Notes under the pieces: model-generated
Database searches by the model: none
What the model was told of the DNA's origin: nothing
The model's input: only the letters and a program-made list of their open reading frames with translations
From: Rhodoferax sp.
Lineage (GTDB): Bacteria; Pseudomonadota; Gammaproteobacteria; Burkholderiales; Burkholderiaceae_C
DNA: 64,000 bases
Reading direction: 5' to 3'
NCBI RefSeq assembly: GCF_018063565.1
Contig: NZ_JAGPBB010000008.1
Location: 5,282 to 69,281, forward strand
Part shown: in pieces, positions 27,114 to 38,363 of the stretch
Layout: each line of letters begins with the position of its first letter
Numbering within the stretch: the stretch's first letter is position 1
Made by a program: the position numbers and the translations under genes

Positions 27114-28352
27114 ATGACCCACAATGCACGCCCACCACCGAACTGGCCGCAACGGATCGATGCCCTGCTGGCCGATTTGCGCCGATTCCCCTGGAAAAAC
27201 ACCGCACTCACGCTGCGTGAACGCTTTCGCGAAGACCGCCTGGGCCTGACCGCCAGCAGCCTGACCTTTACCACCACCATTGCGCTGGTGCCGTTTTTTA
27301 CCGTCGTGCTGGCGGTTTTTACCGCTTTCCCGATGTTTGCCAAGTTTCAGGATGTGCTGCAAAAGTGGCTGATCGACAGCCTGATTCCCGACAGCATCGC
27401 GCGGCAGGTGCTGGGCTACCTGACGCAGTTTGCCGGCAAGGCCAGCAAATTGGGCGGGGCCGGGGTTGCGGTGCTGTTTGTGACGGCGCTGGCGTTGATC
27501 CTGACCATCGACCGCACCCTCAACAACATCTGGCGCGTGCGCAAACCGCGGCCGCTGGGTCAGCGCGTCTTGGTGTACTGGGCGGCGGTCACCCTGGGGC
27601 CGCTGCTGCTGGCGGTGAGTCTGAGCATCACCTCCTACGCGCTGTCGGCATCCAAAGGGGTGGTGGCGGTGATTCCTGGGGGTGTGCAGCTGCTGCTCGA
27701 TACACTGCAGTTTGTCCTGCTGGCGTGGGGCATGGCAGCGCTGTACCGGTATGTGCCCAACACCGCCGTGCGATGGGGCCACGCCTGGGTGGGTGGGCTG
27801 TTTGTGTCGGCGGGCTTTGAACTGGCCAAGCGGGTGCTGGTGTTCTATCTGGGCAAGGTGCCCACCTACTCGGTGCTGTATGGGGCTTTTGCCACGGTGC
27901 CGATTTTGCTGGTGTGGATTTACACCGCCTGGGTGATCGTGCTGTTGGGGGCGGTGATTGCAGCCTATTTGCCGAGCTTGCTGATGGGCGTGCAGCGCCG
28001 GGCCCGCGCGCATGGCTGGCACTTTTTGCTCGCGCTGGAGACGCTGCAGCAACTCGACCGGTTGCGTGGCAGCGATGACAAGGGCTTGAGCCTGGAGCGC
28101 CTGAGCGCATTGTTGCAGGTCGAATCCTTGCAACTGGAGCCGGTGATCGAGACGTTGATCGAGCTCGACTGGGTTGGACAGTTGCAAGAGGAACCACCCG
28201 ACAGCAGCGCACGGCTGCTGCTGCTGGCTGACCCCGATACGACGGCGCTTGCGCCGCTGTTGGAGGCTTTGCTGCTGCAGCAGGAACCCAGTACTGAAAA
28301 TTTATGGAAAAACGGGCGCTGGCGCTTGCTGCATCTGCGGGACGTGCTATGA
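27114..28352 (+). CDS. yihY: YihY/BrkB-family inner-membrane protein
   Basis: LTASSLTFTTTIALVPFFTVVLAVF.. and LNNIWRV..R, with a six-helix profile and a soluble C-terminal extension. Confidence 0.8.
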   Translation: MTHNARPPPNWPQRIDALLADLRRFPWKNTALTLRERFREDRLGLTASSLTFTTTIALVPFFTVVLAVFTAFPMFAKFQDVLQKWLIDSLIPDSIARQVLGYLTQFAGKASKLGGAGVAVLFVTALALILTIDRTLNNIWRVRKPRPLGQRVLVYWAAVTLGPLLLAVSLSITSYALSASKGVVAVIPGGVQLLLDTLQFVLLAWGMAALYRYVPNTAVRWGHAWVGGLFVSAGFELAKRVLVFYLGKVPTYSVLYGAFATVPILLVWIYTAWVIVLLGAVIAAYLPSLLMGVQRRARAHGWHFLLALETLQQLDRLRGSDDKGLSLERLSALLQVESLQLEPVIETLIELDWVGQLQEEPPDSSARLLLLADPDTTALAPLLEALLLQQEPSTENLWKNGRWRLLHLRDVL

Positions 28353-28397
28353 AAATTAATTCCATTCACAATTTCACCAAAGCCGAACTCCCAACTC

Positions 28398-30200
28398 ATG
28401 AATGAATTGATTCACCCCCTGCTATCACTGGCCGTCGCGCTGGTGCTGGTGCTGCAAATCATCACGTTGCTGCGCAAGCCGCGTATCGAACTGCCGCCCG
28501 AGCTGACACTCAAGCTCGACGTGCTGGACCAATCGGCCCGCGCGACCTTGCAAGCAGTCGCCAAAAACGATGGCGCGCTGGAAGGTGTGTCACAGCAGTT
28601 GCAAGGCGCAAGTCAAACCATGGCGTCCAGTCTGGAGCTGGTGCGCCAGGCCATCGACGACAAGCTGGCGCAAACCGTGGCCGAATCGCGCCAGGGCAGG
28701 GCGGAGCTGCTGAGCGCTTTTCAGGGTTTTGAAGGCAAGCTGGAGCAACGCCTGGCCGGTTTTGATGCCTCGCTGACCCAGCGTCTGGACGGCGTGCAAG
28801 CGACAGTGTCAACCCGGCTGGACGACACCAGCAAGAGCTTGCTGGCGCACCTGACACAGGCGCAAGCCGATGCCGGCACCACCCGCAAGGAACTGGTCGA
28901 TGCGCTGTCCGGTTTTCGCGCCGAACTCGCCAGCAACATGGGCGCTCTGGCCAGCGAGAGCACCAAGTCACGCGAGGCCCTGGCTGAGAGCGCCAAAGGG
29001 CAAGAGGCGCACATCCAGGCGCGTTTTGACGTGCTGACCGCTGCCACCCGGCAAACGCTGGATTCGCTCAAATCCGACATTCAAAGCCAGCTCGGCGTGA
29101 TGTCAGGCGCGCTCAAGGACCAACTGGACGGCAACAGCAGCCAGATCAGGACCCAATTTTCTGCACTACAGGAGTCGGTGTCGCAACAACTCACGGGTCT
29201 GGTCGCTGGCAGCCAGCAGAACGCCGAGCAGTTGCGCACCGCGCTCAATGATCGCCTGGCCGCCATCCAGCAAGACAACACCACCAAACTCGAAGAAATG
29301 CGCCGTACCGTCGATGAAAAACTGCACGCCACACTCGAGCAGCGCCTGGGCGAGTCGTTCAAACTGGTCAGCGAGCGGCTGGAGCAGGTGCAAGCCGGCC
29401 TGGGCGAGATGAAAACCCTGGCCGGCAGCGTCGGTGACCTCAAACGCGTGATGACCAACGTCAAGTCACGCGGTACCTGGGGCGAAATGCAGCTGGGTGC
29501 CATCATCGACAACGTGCTGACCATCGACCAGTACGGCAAAAACGTCAAAACCGTGCCCGGCAGCGACGAACTGGTCGAGTACGCCATTCGCCTGCCCGGC
29601 CGCCACGACGACCACCCCACCTGGCTGCCGATTGACTCCAAATACCCGGTGGAACACTACCAGCGCCTGATGGACGCGCAAGATGCGATGGACAAGGGGG
29701 CGATCCTGCAGGCCGGCAACGCCTTTGAAGCCTCGATGAAACAGGAAGCCAAAAAGATCGTCGCCAAGTACGTCTCGCCGCCGCACACCACCGACTTTGC
29801 CATTCTCTACCTGCCCACAGAGGGCCTGTTTGCCGAGGTGATTCGCCGCCCGGGTCTGGTCGAAGCCATCCAGAACGACTGCCGCGTGATGATTACCGGC
29901 CCGGCCAATCTGGCCGCCATGCTCAACAGTTTGCAAATGGGTTTCAAGACGCTGGCGATCGAGAAGCGCTCATCTGAGGTCTGGAGCCTGCTGGGCATGG
30001 TGAAAACCGAGTTTGGCAAGTTTGGCGAGGTGGTGGAAGCCACCAAAAAGTCCATTGACAACGCCGCCGCCAAATTCAACGAGGTCGGCGTGCGCACCCG
30101 AGCCATTCAGCGCAAACTGCGCGATGTCGAAGAACTGCCTGTGAATGCGGTGGTTGCAAGCTTGATCCCGACCCTGATGGAGACGCAAGATGAAGATTGA
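28398..30200 (+). CDS. rmuC: DNA recombination protein RmuC with an extended N-terminal coiled coil
   Basis: N-terminal TM helix, a long Q/A/L-rich coiled coil, and the RmuC nuclease-like core (VKSRGTWGEMQLGAIIDNVL..VEYAIRLPG..PIDSKYP..FAILYLPTEGLF). Confidence 0.88.
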   Translation: MNELIHPLLSLAVALVLVLQIITLLRKPRIELPPELTLKLDVLDQSARATLQAVAKNDGALEGVSQQLQGASQTMASSLELVRQAIDDKLAQTVAESRQGRAELLSAFQGFEGKLEQRLAGFDASLTQRLDGVQATVSTRLDDTSKSLLAHLTQAQADAGTTRKELVDALSGFRAELASNMGALASESTKSREALAESAKGQEAHIQARFDVLTAATRQTLDSLKSDIQSQLGVMSGALKDQLDGNSSQIRTQFSALQESVSQQLTGLVAGSQQNAEQLRTALNDRLAAIQQDNTTKLEEMRRTVDEKLHATLEQRLGESFKLVSERLEQVQAGLGEMKTLAGSVGDLKRVMTNVKSRGTWGEMQLGAIIDNVLTIDQYGKNVKTVPGSDELVEYAIRLPGRHDDHPTWLPIDSKYPVEHYQRLMDAQDAMDKGAILQAGNAFEASMKQEAKKIVAKYVSPPHTTDFAILYLPTEGLFAEVIRRPGLVEAIQNDCRVMITGPANLAAMLNSLQMGFKTLAIEKRSSEVWSLLGMVKTEFGKFGEVVEATKKSIDNAAAKFNEVGVRTRAIQRKLRDVEELPVNAVVASLIPTLMETQDED

Positions 30201-32208
30201 ACGGTGTATCGGTTCCCTTGCTGTGGCGTTGTGGCTGACAGCCTGCGGTGGTGGCGGTGGTGCGAGCACACCCGTGACGCCGGAGCCAACGGCCACCACC
30301 CAGTGGGCCTTGCAGAGCGCCAGCGCCGCCGAGCTGACCCGCTACTTGCGTCAAGCGCTGGGGCCAGACTCTCTGCGCGATCTGAGCCATGTTTGGGCGA
30401 CCGATGCAGTGGTGGCCCTGGCAGGTACACCGGTCGCGTCAGTGGCATCGAATGGCGTCGCACCGGCGTTCTCGCAGACCAATGTGCAGGAAGCGGGTGT
30501 CGATGAGGCCGACGTGATCAAGACCGATGGCAGCCAGGTGTTGAGCCTGGACCCGTCTGACAGCACCAGCACCGATCGGCGGGTGTTGCGCCGACAAAAG
30601 CTTTCGACCAACGACACCAGCTTGACGCCGGCAGACAGCCTGAAACTGCCATTTTCCGGCGATGTTCAGGGTAAGAATCTGTATCTGCACAGCCAACGCC
30701 AACAGGCAGTCGTGATTGCCGAGGGGGGAATGGCCACGCCCATGCTGGACGCCTGGTTTGCGCCCTCCATGTGGCAACAGGGTTTGACGGAAGTGATCCT
30801 GGTGGATACCGCCGGTGCCAATCAGTTGCAAGTGCGGCGCACCCTGCGCATGACGGCGCAATTGATTGGTTCACGCCGCCTGGGCGACACCTTGTATCTG
30901 GTCATGCGCAGTTACCCGCAGGTGCCAGGCCTCGACCCCGCCTGGCCGGCGGATAAGGCGGCTGCCAACCAGAGCATCGTTGACGCCTTGCAGGCCCCGC
31001 AACTGCTGCCGACGCTGTCGATTGACGGCGGTCCGGTGCAAGCGCTGGTGTCGCCAGAGGCTTGTCTGACGCAGCCCAACAACGCAGTCAAAAGCGCCGA
31101 CATCATCACCGTGGTCGGCATCGATCTGGCGGCAACCGGCCTGCGGCACAGTGCGCGCTGTTTTACCGGCGGCACCGAGGCGTTCTACCTGTCAGCACAG
31201 AGCCTGTATCTGGCCACCACCCGCAGCGCCTACAGTTACAGCGGTGCCGTGCCGGTCTACGCTGCCCAAAGCAGCACCGACCTTCACAAGTTCGCCCTGG
31301 AGGGACTGAGCATCAGCTACCGCGGTTCTGGCAATGTCACCGGGCATTTGGGCTTTGATCAGAATCGCAAGTCCCATCGCATGGGCGAACACCAGGGCGC
31401 TTTGCGCGTGATCACGCAAACCGGTTCAAGTTGGGGTGGCTGGCTGCCGGTGATCGCTCAGACCGAGTCGCCCGGGCACCTCAGCGTCCTGCAAGAAAGT
31501 GCGGGCGAGCTCAAACGGGTGGGTGAGCTTCCCAACGCCAAACGGCCACAGCCTCTCGGCAAGGCGGGTGAACAGCTCTACGCCTCGCGCTTTTCCGGTT
31601 CGCGTGCTTACCTGGTGACCTACCGCCTGACCGATCCGCTGTATGTGCTTGACCTGGCAGACCCCACAGATCCAAAGGTCGCCGGGGAGTTGCAGGTGAG
31701 CGGCTATTCGGATTACCTGTTTCCGCTGTCTGACACGCTCTTGCTGGGTGTCGGCAAAGACGCGGTCTCGGACGGTGCAAACGGTGACGGGCGCTTTGCC
31801 TGGTACCAGGGTGTCAAGCTGTCGTTGATCGACGTGAGCAACCCGGCGCAGCCGGTCGAGTCAACGCGCGCCATCATCGGTCGGCGCGGCACCGACGCCA
31901 CGGTGCTGCACGTCCACCATGGCATTGCGCTGCAAACGGTCGGCAACACGGTGCGTGTCGGTCTGCCCGTTCGCTTGCACGACACGATGCCTGCCTATGG
32001 CACCGGCGTTGCCAGCGATACCTATGACTTCACCCGCACCGAGTTGCAGCGCTTTGAGGTCAATCTGTCAACCCGGTCGCTGAGTGCCAAGCCACCGCTG
32101 CCCGCATCCACGCCAGTCCAGCGCGACATCCAGTTCGACCGCGCCTTGCTCTGGAATGACCAGGTTCACTACTACCAGGGCATTAGCTGGCAGTCTGCGC
32201 TGTGGTGA
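30190..32208 (+). CDS. Beta-propeller-domain lipoprotein (PF09826/COG4880-like)
   Basis: Lipobox LTAC|GGGG. The C-terminal half (YASRFSGSRAYLVTYRLTDPLYVLDLADPTDPKVAGELQVSGYSDYLFPL..WYQGVKLSLIDVSNPAQP) resembles the secreted beta-propeller family. It overlaps rmuC by 11 nt. Confidence 0.6.
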   Translation: MKIERCIGSLAVALWLTACGGGGGASTPVTPEPTATTQWALQSASAAELTRYLRQALGPDSLRDLSHVWATDAVVALAGTPVASVASNGVAPAFSQTNVQEAGVDEADVIKTDGSQVLSLDPSDSTSTDRRVLRRQKLSTNDTSLTPADSLKLPFSGDVQGKNLYLHSQRQQAVVIAEGGMATPMLDAWFAPSMWQQGLTEVILVDTAGANQLQVRRTLRMTAQLIGSRRLGDTLYLVMRSYPQVPGLDPAWPADKAAANQSIVDALQAPQLLPTLSIDGGPVQALVSPEACLTQPNNAVKSADIITVVGIDLAATGLRHSARCFTGGTEAFYLSAQSLYLATTRSAYSYSGAVPVYAAQSSTDLHKFALEGLSISYRGSGNVTGHLGFDQNRKSHRMGEHQGALRVITQTGSSWGGWLPVIAQTESPGHLSVLQESAGELKRVGELPNAKRPQPLGKAGEQLYASRFSGSRAYLVTYRLTDPLYVLDLADPTDPKVAGELQVSGYSDYLFPLSDTLLLGVGKDAVSDGANGDGRFAWYQGVKLSLIDVSNPAQPVESTRAIIGRRGTDATVLHVHHGIALQTVGNTVRVGLPVRLHDTMPAYGTGVASDTYDFTRTELQRFEVNLSTRSLSAKPPLPASTPVQRDIQFDRALLWNDQVHYYQGISWQSALW

Positions 32209-32258
32209 GGGATAGCCGGTTGTGATGTTCAGCCCGATTTTGCAAGCGGTGGTCGCGC

Positions 32259-33287
32259 TCACCTGGCAAAGCGTGTGCGGACCTCGGTGACAGCATCCTG
32301 GATGCCGAGGAACAGTTTTACCAGCGATGGATCGAAGTGACGCCCTGCTGATTGTTGTATGGTGCTGAGTGCGAGTTCCAGAGGCCAGGCCTTTTTGTAG
32401 GGGCGCTCGGATGTCAGGGCATCAAAAACGTCCGCGATTGCCACGATGCGTCCCACCAGCGGTATGGCTTCACCCTGCAGTCCCGCCGGGTAGCCACTGC
32501 CGTCCCATTTCTCGTGATGCGTCAGCGCAATGCTCGCCGCCGCCTGCAGCAAGGGCGACGTCGAGACGCCAATGATCTGATTTCCAATCTCAGGGTGGGT
32601 TTTCATGGTCACCCATTCGGAGGCGTCGAGTGGGCCGGGCTTGCTCAGGATATGGTCTGGTATGCCAATTTTGCCTACGTCATGCATGGGCGCTGCGTTA
32701 AAGATTCGGTCGACTTCAAGCGCGTTGAGTCCGGCCGCTTCGCTGAGCAGGCGTGCGTAATGGCTCATCCGGATGACGTGCAACCCGGTTTCGTTGTCTT
32801 TGAATTCGGCCGCGCAGGCCAGGCGACGAATGATCTCGAGTCGAGTCGCATTGATTTCGCGAGTCTGCTCCAGCACTTGGTGCTGCAGCTCGCGTTGTTG
32901 GTCATAAAGTGCCAGGTGGGTGCGCACCCGAGCCTCGACGATGGCTGCGGTGACGGGCTTGGTGATGTAGTCGACAGCGCCCAATGCAAACCCGGCCTGC
33001 TCGTCCAGCACGTCACCCAGCGCGGTGACGAAGATGACCGGGATGTGGCGGGTGCGCAGATCTCCCTTGAGTGCGCGGCAGACCTCATGGCCACTCATGC
33101 CGGGCATCATCACATCAAGCAAAATCAGATCCGGAGGAGGGTCCGAGCGTGCCATCTCCAGGGCCTTTTGTCCCTGGGTGGCAAAGCGCACTTTGTAGAT
33201 GGGTGACAGGATGCCGTTGAGTACGGCCAGGTTTTCAGGCGTGTCGTCGACCAGCAAAACTGTTTGTCGTTCCAGTAAATCAGTCAT
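32259..33287 (-). CDS. RpfG-like response regulator with an HD-GYP domain (paralog 2)
   Basis: REC domain ([24 protein letters not shown]) plus HD-GYP ([10 protein letters not shown] .. [11 protein letters not shown]). The ATG at 33287 overlaps the kinase stop by 8 nt. Confidence 0.9.
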   Translation of the reverse strand: MTDLLERQTVLLVDDTPENLAVLNGILSPIYKVRFATQGQKALEMARSDPPPDLILLDVMMPGMSGHEVCRALKGDLRTRHIPVIFVTALGDVLDEQAGFALGAVDYITKPVTAAIVEARVRTHLALYDQQRELQHQVLEQTREINATRLEIIRRLACAAEFKDNETGLHVIRMSHYARLLSEAAGLNALEVDRIFNAAPMHDVGKIGIPDHILSKPGPLDASEWVTMKTHPEIGNQIIGVSTSPLLQAAASIALTHHEKWDGSGYPAGLQGEAIPLVGRIVAIADVFDALTSERPYKKAWPLELALSTIQQSAGRHFDPSLVKLFLGIQDAVTEVRTRFAR

Positions 33288-36200
33288 GCAACACCTCCGC
33301 ATCGGTCAAGTCTCGTACCAGGATTGTGAGTGTCTGATGCGCCGCCTCAAAGTCAAAACGGTCCATACCAGCCTCAAGTTGCTCGCACAATGGCTGCCAG
33401 CGGCTACCGGCCAGCGCAGCCTTGAGTTGCTGGTAGGTGGACAGCGCCTGCGTGTCGTGTTGGATCAGCATTTGCTCAAGAGGCGCAATGATGGCGCTCA
33501 GTGCTTGGCCGTCCGGCTGGCTGGCCGACGGAACAGGACTGGGTGCATCGCGCTGCGCCTGCGCCAGCCGGCGTTGTGCCAGTTGCGTTTCGTCCAGCAG
33601 TGTCTTCGATTGGGCACCGATGTTGCTCGGGGTTGACGCACGCAGGCTGTGCTCGAGTTGCGCGGCCATCGCTTGCAAGCGCCCAAGCCCGATCGTGGCG
33701 GTCATGCTTTTGAAGCTGTGCGCCAACCGCAGTGCCTCGTCTGCCTGATCGGCTGCCACAGCGTCTGCCAACGCTTGAGCCATCTCTTGCCCGGTATCCT
33801 GAAAGCGTTTGAGCAAGTGTTGTAACAGGGGCTCATTGCCGTCGAGTCGTTGCAGTGCCGCCCCGATGTCGGTATCCGCCAGCTGGTCCAGAGCATAGCT
33901 TGCACCGTGCACGGTGGGCCTCTCCGTCGGTTCCGACGCGGACTGTGCCGTGGCCCTGCCCGGCTTGATCCAGCGAGCCAAGGCTGCGAACAGCTGCCCC
34001 ACGTTGATCGGCTTGCCGACATAGTCATTCATTCCCGCGTCCAGGCAACGCTGGCGGTCCAACGCCAGAACATTGGCGGTCATGGCAATGATGGGCAACT
34101 GGCGCAGCGCCAGCGTCTCGCGGATCGCACGGGTCGCGGCCACACCGTCCATGCGCGGCATTTGCATATCCATTAGGACTGCATCGAAACCGGTGTCCTG
34201 GCGCAGGATATCCAACGCCGCCAGGCCGTCACTTGCCAAATCCACCTGCATACCTGCGGCCTGCAGCAGCTCTTGTGCGACTTCCTGGTTCATATCGTTG
34301 TCTTCGACCAACAGGATTCTCGCGCCTTGCAACTGCTGTATGAATGTGTCAGCCTGCGGGCTTGACGCGGGGTCGACTGCGGTTGTGCCAATCTGGGCTC
34401 GGTGTCCCAGGTGCAGGGACAGGGTGTCAAACAGGGCTGAATGATTGACCGGTTTGGTGAGAATGCCATCAATCGGCGTACTGGCCGCTTTTTGCAACAG
34501 AGCGTCGGTGTCAAAAGCCGTCACCATGATGACGGTTGGCACCGTTGGCAAGGCAGCGGTTTGATGCATGGCGCGGACCGCAGCAATACCGTCCATCCCA
34601 GGCATTTGCCAGTCCATCAGGACCAGGTCAAATCGTGGTGCTGCACTGTTTTCAAGTCGTTGCAAGGCTGCCGTGCCCGAGTTTGCCAGTTCGACTTCCA
34701 GTCCCATCGATACCAGGGCCATGCGAAGTATTTCCAGCGACGTGCTGTTGTCATCCACCACAAGGACGCGCGGGGCGGAGGTCCATTCAAGTGGCGGTAC
34801 CGGCGGCAAAATGCCCTGGTCGGATTTCGCAAACCGTGTGGTGAATGTGAACGTGCTGCCTTGTTGCGGTACCGATTGCACGCTGATCTCGCCGTCCATG
34901 AGGTGTACCAGACGTTTGCAAATCGCCAATCCAAGGCCGGTCCCGCCGAACTTGCGGGTGGTCGAACTGTCTGCCTGGCTAAACGCCTGAAACAGCAGGG
35001 TCTGTTGTTCGGCAGAAATGCCAATGCCGGTGTCGCGCACAGAAAACGCCAAAATCAGGCTGGCTTCATCTTCGCATTGCGTGCGCACTCGCACCACGAT
35101 CTCGCCGTACTCGGTGAATTTGACGGCGTTGTTGACCAGATTGACCAGCACCTGACCGAGTCGCAACGCATCACCCACCAAGGCATCTGGCAAGCTTGGT
35201 TCGAGGTCGAACATCAGCTCCAGCGACTTTGCCCGAGCCCGCAGTCCGACCATGGCCGACAGGTTATCCAGCACCTCATGCAGCCTGAAAGGCACACGTT
35301 CCACGCGCAGCTTGCCGGCCTCAATCTTCGAAAAATCCAGCACATCATTGATGATCTGCAGCAGGTTATCAGAGGCCTTGGCAATCTTGCTCAGGTAATT
35401 GTGCTGCTTGGGCTTGAGCTCAGTTTGCAGGCACAAGTGCGACAGACCCATGATGGCGTTCATCGGTGTGCGGATCTCGTGACTCATGTTGGCCAAGAAT
35501 TCGCTTTTGGCCAGTGCGGCGGCCTCGGCCTGCTGTTGCGCGTTGGCTGCGGCTTGCAAGGCACTCGTCAGTGCAGCCATGGTGGTCGCGTTGTGTAGCG
35601 CGATCGCGATGTAGGCCGCCAGGGCTTCAAGAATCGAGCGTTCGCGTTCCGCATAGGCATCCGGATGCCTCGATTCAATGCTGAGTACACCGATCATCTG
35701 GTCACCAACAATCAAGGTGACATACAGCTTGCTGCCGTGCCAGTCGGCATTCTTGTGGGGAAAGATCAGTGGCTCCTCGCCGCGCTGTGCAATGGTCTGA
35801 CGTTGGCGCGCCGCAATCGCTTCTGCCGCTTGGCTTTCGTCCAGGTCAATGATGTCGGCAGGCGTCTGCTGTTGGCCGTCACGCGACCAAAAAACGTGCT
35901 CGAGCCGGGAGCCGCTCGGGTCAAGCAAATACACGCAAAGGGCGTCTACAGCCAGCAGGTGCTGGTCCTGCTCGACCAGGTGGTGCTCCAGGGTCTTGAA
36001 AACTGCGGCCTGGTCTAGGCCCGAAGTGAGCTTGCGGCCAATCTCGCCCAAGCGCTCGAGGGTGGCACCGGCTTCGCTCAGGGCCTGGGCGCGCTCGGTT
36101 TGTATTTGCGCCAGGGCTCGGTGGTAGTTGGCATCGGCCCGAGCCTGCGCGTCTTGTTCGGTCAATCGTTGGGTTTCCTGACGCAAGCGAACACGCTCCT

Positions 36201-37353
36201 GGCGTTGTTCGCGGCGTTGGGTCAAGAAATACCGCCAGAGACCGTACAACAGCACCAAGGGCACCAGCAGCGTGGTTACAACGATGCTCAAATCGCTGGG
36301 GAATACACCAAGAAGGTCTGCATCCTTGGGGTTCGTCAGCGCCACCGTGATGTAGGGCAGCCAGGTCAGTATATCGACTGCCAGCGCCAGTGCGAGCACG
36401 CCAGCGGTACGGTTTCCACCGCGCCAAGACGCGACCACCCCTACCAAGGACAATCCCCAAAACGCGTAGCTGAGCTGCATTTGCAGGCGGTTACCTTCTC
36501 CGACGGAGCTCAGCCAAAGCATCACGCTCAGGCCATAAATGATCGCCAAAGCATTCGTTAACCGGCTCACAGTAGGGGCATACTGGCTAAACTTTGCCAG
36601 ACGCGAATAGGCCAGGAGCGTCAATGCCGTTCCCAGTGGAATCGTCGCCGCTTCGGCCAGTCGAAGCCAGGGCGCTGGTACTACGTTGCCGATGCTCAGC
36701 AGAATCGGCGTATCAATGACTTCGGTGACGGCAAACACCAGCAAATAGCCCATGAATACGACGTAGGTGGTGTCGCGCAGCAACCAGGCCATCCAGCCAA
36801 AAAACAAAGCCAAGGTGGTGTAAGCGAGCGCAATGCCGACGTGAAACAGCGTGGTGCGCTGTACCTGCGAGACCGCGGACGCCAGGTCCACTGCGCTGAC
36901 GATAACGTTTGAGCGAACTTCGCCGTCAAAACCCTGGCGGAGCACCCGTGCATACAGCATCGGCGGAGGGTGCGGCAACTGTGGAAACAACATACCGGTG
37001 GCCAACACCAGCACTTGGCTGCGCGCGCCGAATGCGTTGGCTTCGGCCAGTACCAGGCCGGAAGCGTCCATCACTCGGACGGACAGGTTGGCGTTGGAAG
37101 CAATCAGCTCGGCGCTGATCGACAGGGTTTTGGGTGCAATGCTGGTTGGATCCAGTCTGAGCCAGCAGGGGTCTGCACCCGCGGTCGCCGGCAGTAGGCC
37201 GTCTTGGGCGTGTATCCAGGGGTTTTCTGCGGTCGTAGCAGGGGCCAAAATGTTATCGACCCCACAGCGATAGTCAAATGGCAGCGCCTGTGCCCAACAG
37301 ACCGAGGTCAGGCCCATGAACCAAAGCATCAAGAGGTGTCTTAGCTTGCTCAC
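33280..37353 (-). CDS. Hybrid sensor histidine kinase (7TMR-DISM-type periplasmic + 7TM module, coiled coil, GAF, HisKA-HATPase, REC, REC, Hpt)
   Basis: Signal peptide, a periplasmic domain and seven TM helices. H-box [18 protein letters not shown] and G-box [15 protein letters not shown] domains ([11 protein letters not shown].., [14 protein letters not shown]..). Hpt motif [12 protein letters not shown]. Confidence 0.88.
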   Translation of the reverse strand: MSKLRHLLMLWFMGLTSVCWAQALPFDYRCGVDNILAPATTAENPWIHAQDGLLPATAGADPCWLRLDPTSIAPKTLSISAELIASNANLSVRVMDASGLVLAEANAFGARSQVLVLATGMLFPQLPHPPPMLYARVLRQGFDGEVRSNVIVSAVDLASAVSQVQRTTLFHVGIALAYTTLALFFGWMAWLLRDTTYVVFMGYLLVFAVTEVIDTPILLSIGNVVPAPWLRLAEAATIPLGTALTLLAYSRLAKFSQYAPTVSRLTNALAIIYGLSVMLWLSSVGEGNRLQMQLSYAFWGLSLVGVVASWRGGNRTAGVLALALAVDILTWLPYITVALTNPKDADLLGVFPSDLSIVVTTLLVPLVLLYGLWRYFLTQRREQRQERVRLRQETQRLTEQDAQARADANYHRALAQIQTERAQALSEAGATLERLGEIGRKLTSGLDQAAVFKTLEHHLVEQDQHLLAVDALCVYLLDPSGSRLEHVFWSRDGQQQTPADIIDLDESQAAEAIAARQRQTIAQRGEEPLIFPHKNADWHGSKLYVTLIVGDQMIGVLSIESRHPDAYAERERSILEALAAYIAIALHNATTMAALTSALQAAANAQQQAEAAALAKSEFLANMSHEIRTPMNAIMGLSHLCLQTELKPKQHNYLSKIAKASDNLLQIINDVLDFSKIEAGKLRVERVPFRLHEVLDNLSAMVGLRARAKSLELMFDLEPSLPDALVGDALRLGQVLVNLVNNAVKFTEYGEIVVRVRTQCEDEASLILAFSVRDTGIGISAEQQTLLFQAFSQADSSTTRKFGGTGLGLAICKRLVHLMDGEISVQSVPQQGSTFTFTTRFAKSDQGILPPVPPLEWTSAPRVLVVDDNSTSLEILRMALVSMGLEVELANSGTAALQRLENSAAPRFDLVLMDWQMPGMDGIAAVRAMHQTAALPTVPTVIMVTAFDTDALLQKAASTPIDGILTKPVNHSALFDTLSLHLGHRAQIGTTAVDPASSPQADTFIQQLQGARILLVEDNDMNQEVAQELLQAAGMQVDLASDGLAALDILRQDTGFDAVLMDMQMPRMDGVAATRAIRETLALRQLPIIAMTANVLALDRQRCLDAGMNDYVGKPINVGQLFAALARWIKPGRATAQSASEPTERPTVHGASYALDQLADTDIGAALQRLDGNEPLLQHLLKRFQDTGQEMAQALADAVAADQADEALRLAHSFKSMTATIGLGRLQAMAAQLEHSLRASTPSNIGAQSKTLLDETQLAQRRLAQAQRDAPSPVPSASQPDGQALSAIIAPLEQMLIQHDTQALSTYQQLKAALAGSRWQPLCEQLEAGMDRFDFEAAHQTLTILVRDLTDAEVLHD

Positions 37354-37414
37354 AAGGATCGGTAGGTCATGTGTTCGCGGCAGCCAATCGGTCAGTCTTG
37401 CGTGTCCCAGTCTT

Positions 37415-38242
37415 TCAAATCGGCATCGTGCGCAGAAAGACGGTCAGCGCGGCCAGCGTTTGTTCAGGTGCTTCGGTCATCTGCTGGTGGCCCACGGGCA
37501 GGCTGACCACCTGCACAGTTTTGCCAGCGCCGCGTGCTGCGTTGACCAGGCTTTGCGCGGATCTTGGCGGCGTCATCTGGTCTTGCGCGCCCAGCACAAA
37601 CAGCACCGGGCAGGTGATGCGGGTGATCGCCTGCTCGCCGTTGCGGTAGCTGTCGCAGGCCACAAAACCGCGGTGAAACACGTTGACCTCCCGGTTGCTG
37701 GCCAGCACCCGCCGCGCCAGCGCGATGCTGGCACCATACACCCAGGTACCCGGCCCCAATGCCGACGGTGGCGGAGCCAGCGTGCTGCGTGAAAAAACGT
37801 TCACCAGTTTGATCGCCTCTTCGGGTGCGTTGATCGAGGCGTCCAGCAAAGTGGCCGACACCCGCATCGGGTGCGCCGTGCCGACCAGCACCAAATGGCT
37901 CACCCGTGCCCCCAGGCGCGCGGCTGCTTCGAGTGCAATCAGCGAGCCCCAGCTGTGACCCGCCAGCGCGGCGGTCTGCACCCCGGCGGCATCCAGCAGC
38001 GCGGCAATAAAGTCTGCCGCCTGCTCGACGCTGCTCGGCGCATCACCGCCGCTGCGGCAGTGGCCGGGCAGGTCGACGGCCAGCACGTTATAGCCATGGT
38101 GCGCCAGGCTGCGGCTTTGCAAGATCCACACGCTGTGGTCATTTAAAACCCCGTGGATCAACACCACCGTGGGCTGGGTCGCATCAAAGGGCTTGCCGCC
38201 GGTGTAGCAGTAGGTGGGCACATGGTTGACAGTGAGGTACAT
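37415..38242 (-). CDS. Alpha/beta-fold hydrolase
   Basis: [14 protein letters not shown].., the nucleophile elbow GHSWGS, and a C-terminal H in the context LPVGHQQM. Confidence 0.8.
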   Translation of the reverse strand: MYLTVNHVPTYCYTGGKPFDATQPTVVLIHGVLNDHSVWILQSRSLAHHGYNVLAVDLPGHCRSGGDAPSSVEQAADFIAALLDAAGVQTAALAGHSWGSLIALEAAARLGARVSHLVLVGTAHPMRVSATLLDASINAPEEAIKLVNVFSRSTLAPPPSALGPGTWVYGASIALARRVLASNREVNVFHRGFVACDSYRNGEQAITRITCPVLFVLGAQDQMTPPRSAQSLVNAARGAGKTVQVVSLPVGHQQMTEAPEQTLAALTVFLRTMPI

Positions 38243-38261
38243 GGTCTAAGTCTTTTGTGTG

Positions 38262-38325
38262 ATCAAATTGGCATCCAGCGCTTATCCATCATGCGGTAAA
38301 TGCTATGCTATCTGATTAAATCGGG
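38262..38325 (+). repeat. AT-rich intergenic element, copy 3
   Basis: Core AGCGCTTATCCATCATGCGGTAAATGCTATG (38277-38307) aligns without gaps to copies 1 and 2. It lies between the metY stop and the hydrolase start. Confidence 0.5.
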
Positions 38326-38363
38326 GTGTTGGCAGCGAACTGGAAGCATCGACTTGTCCCCGC

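Noticed and set aside
27093-28187. Upstream two-thirds of track ORF 26610-28187 (525 aa, minus strand)
   Set aside because: This part is antisense to yihY and has Q/H/R-rich composition. Only the last 160 codons (DUF2069-like, four TM helices) look like a real gene.
34441-35598. 385-aa + strand ORF, and similar long shadow ORFs at 39834-40892, 40923-41864, 43245-44342, 44437-45759, 55422-57204, 58228-59247 and 61266-62633
   Set aside because: Each is antisense to a gene with strong family motifs. All have shadow-ORF composition and no RBS or domain evidence.
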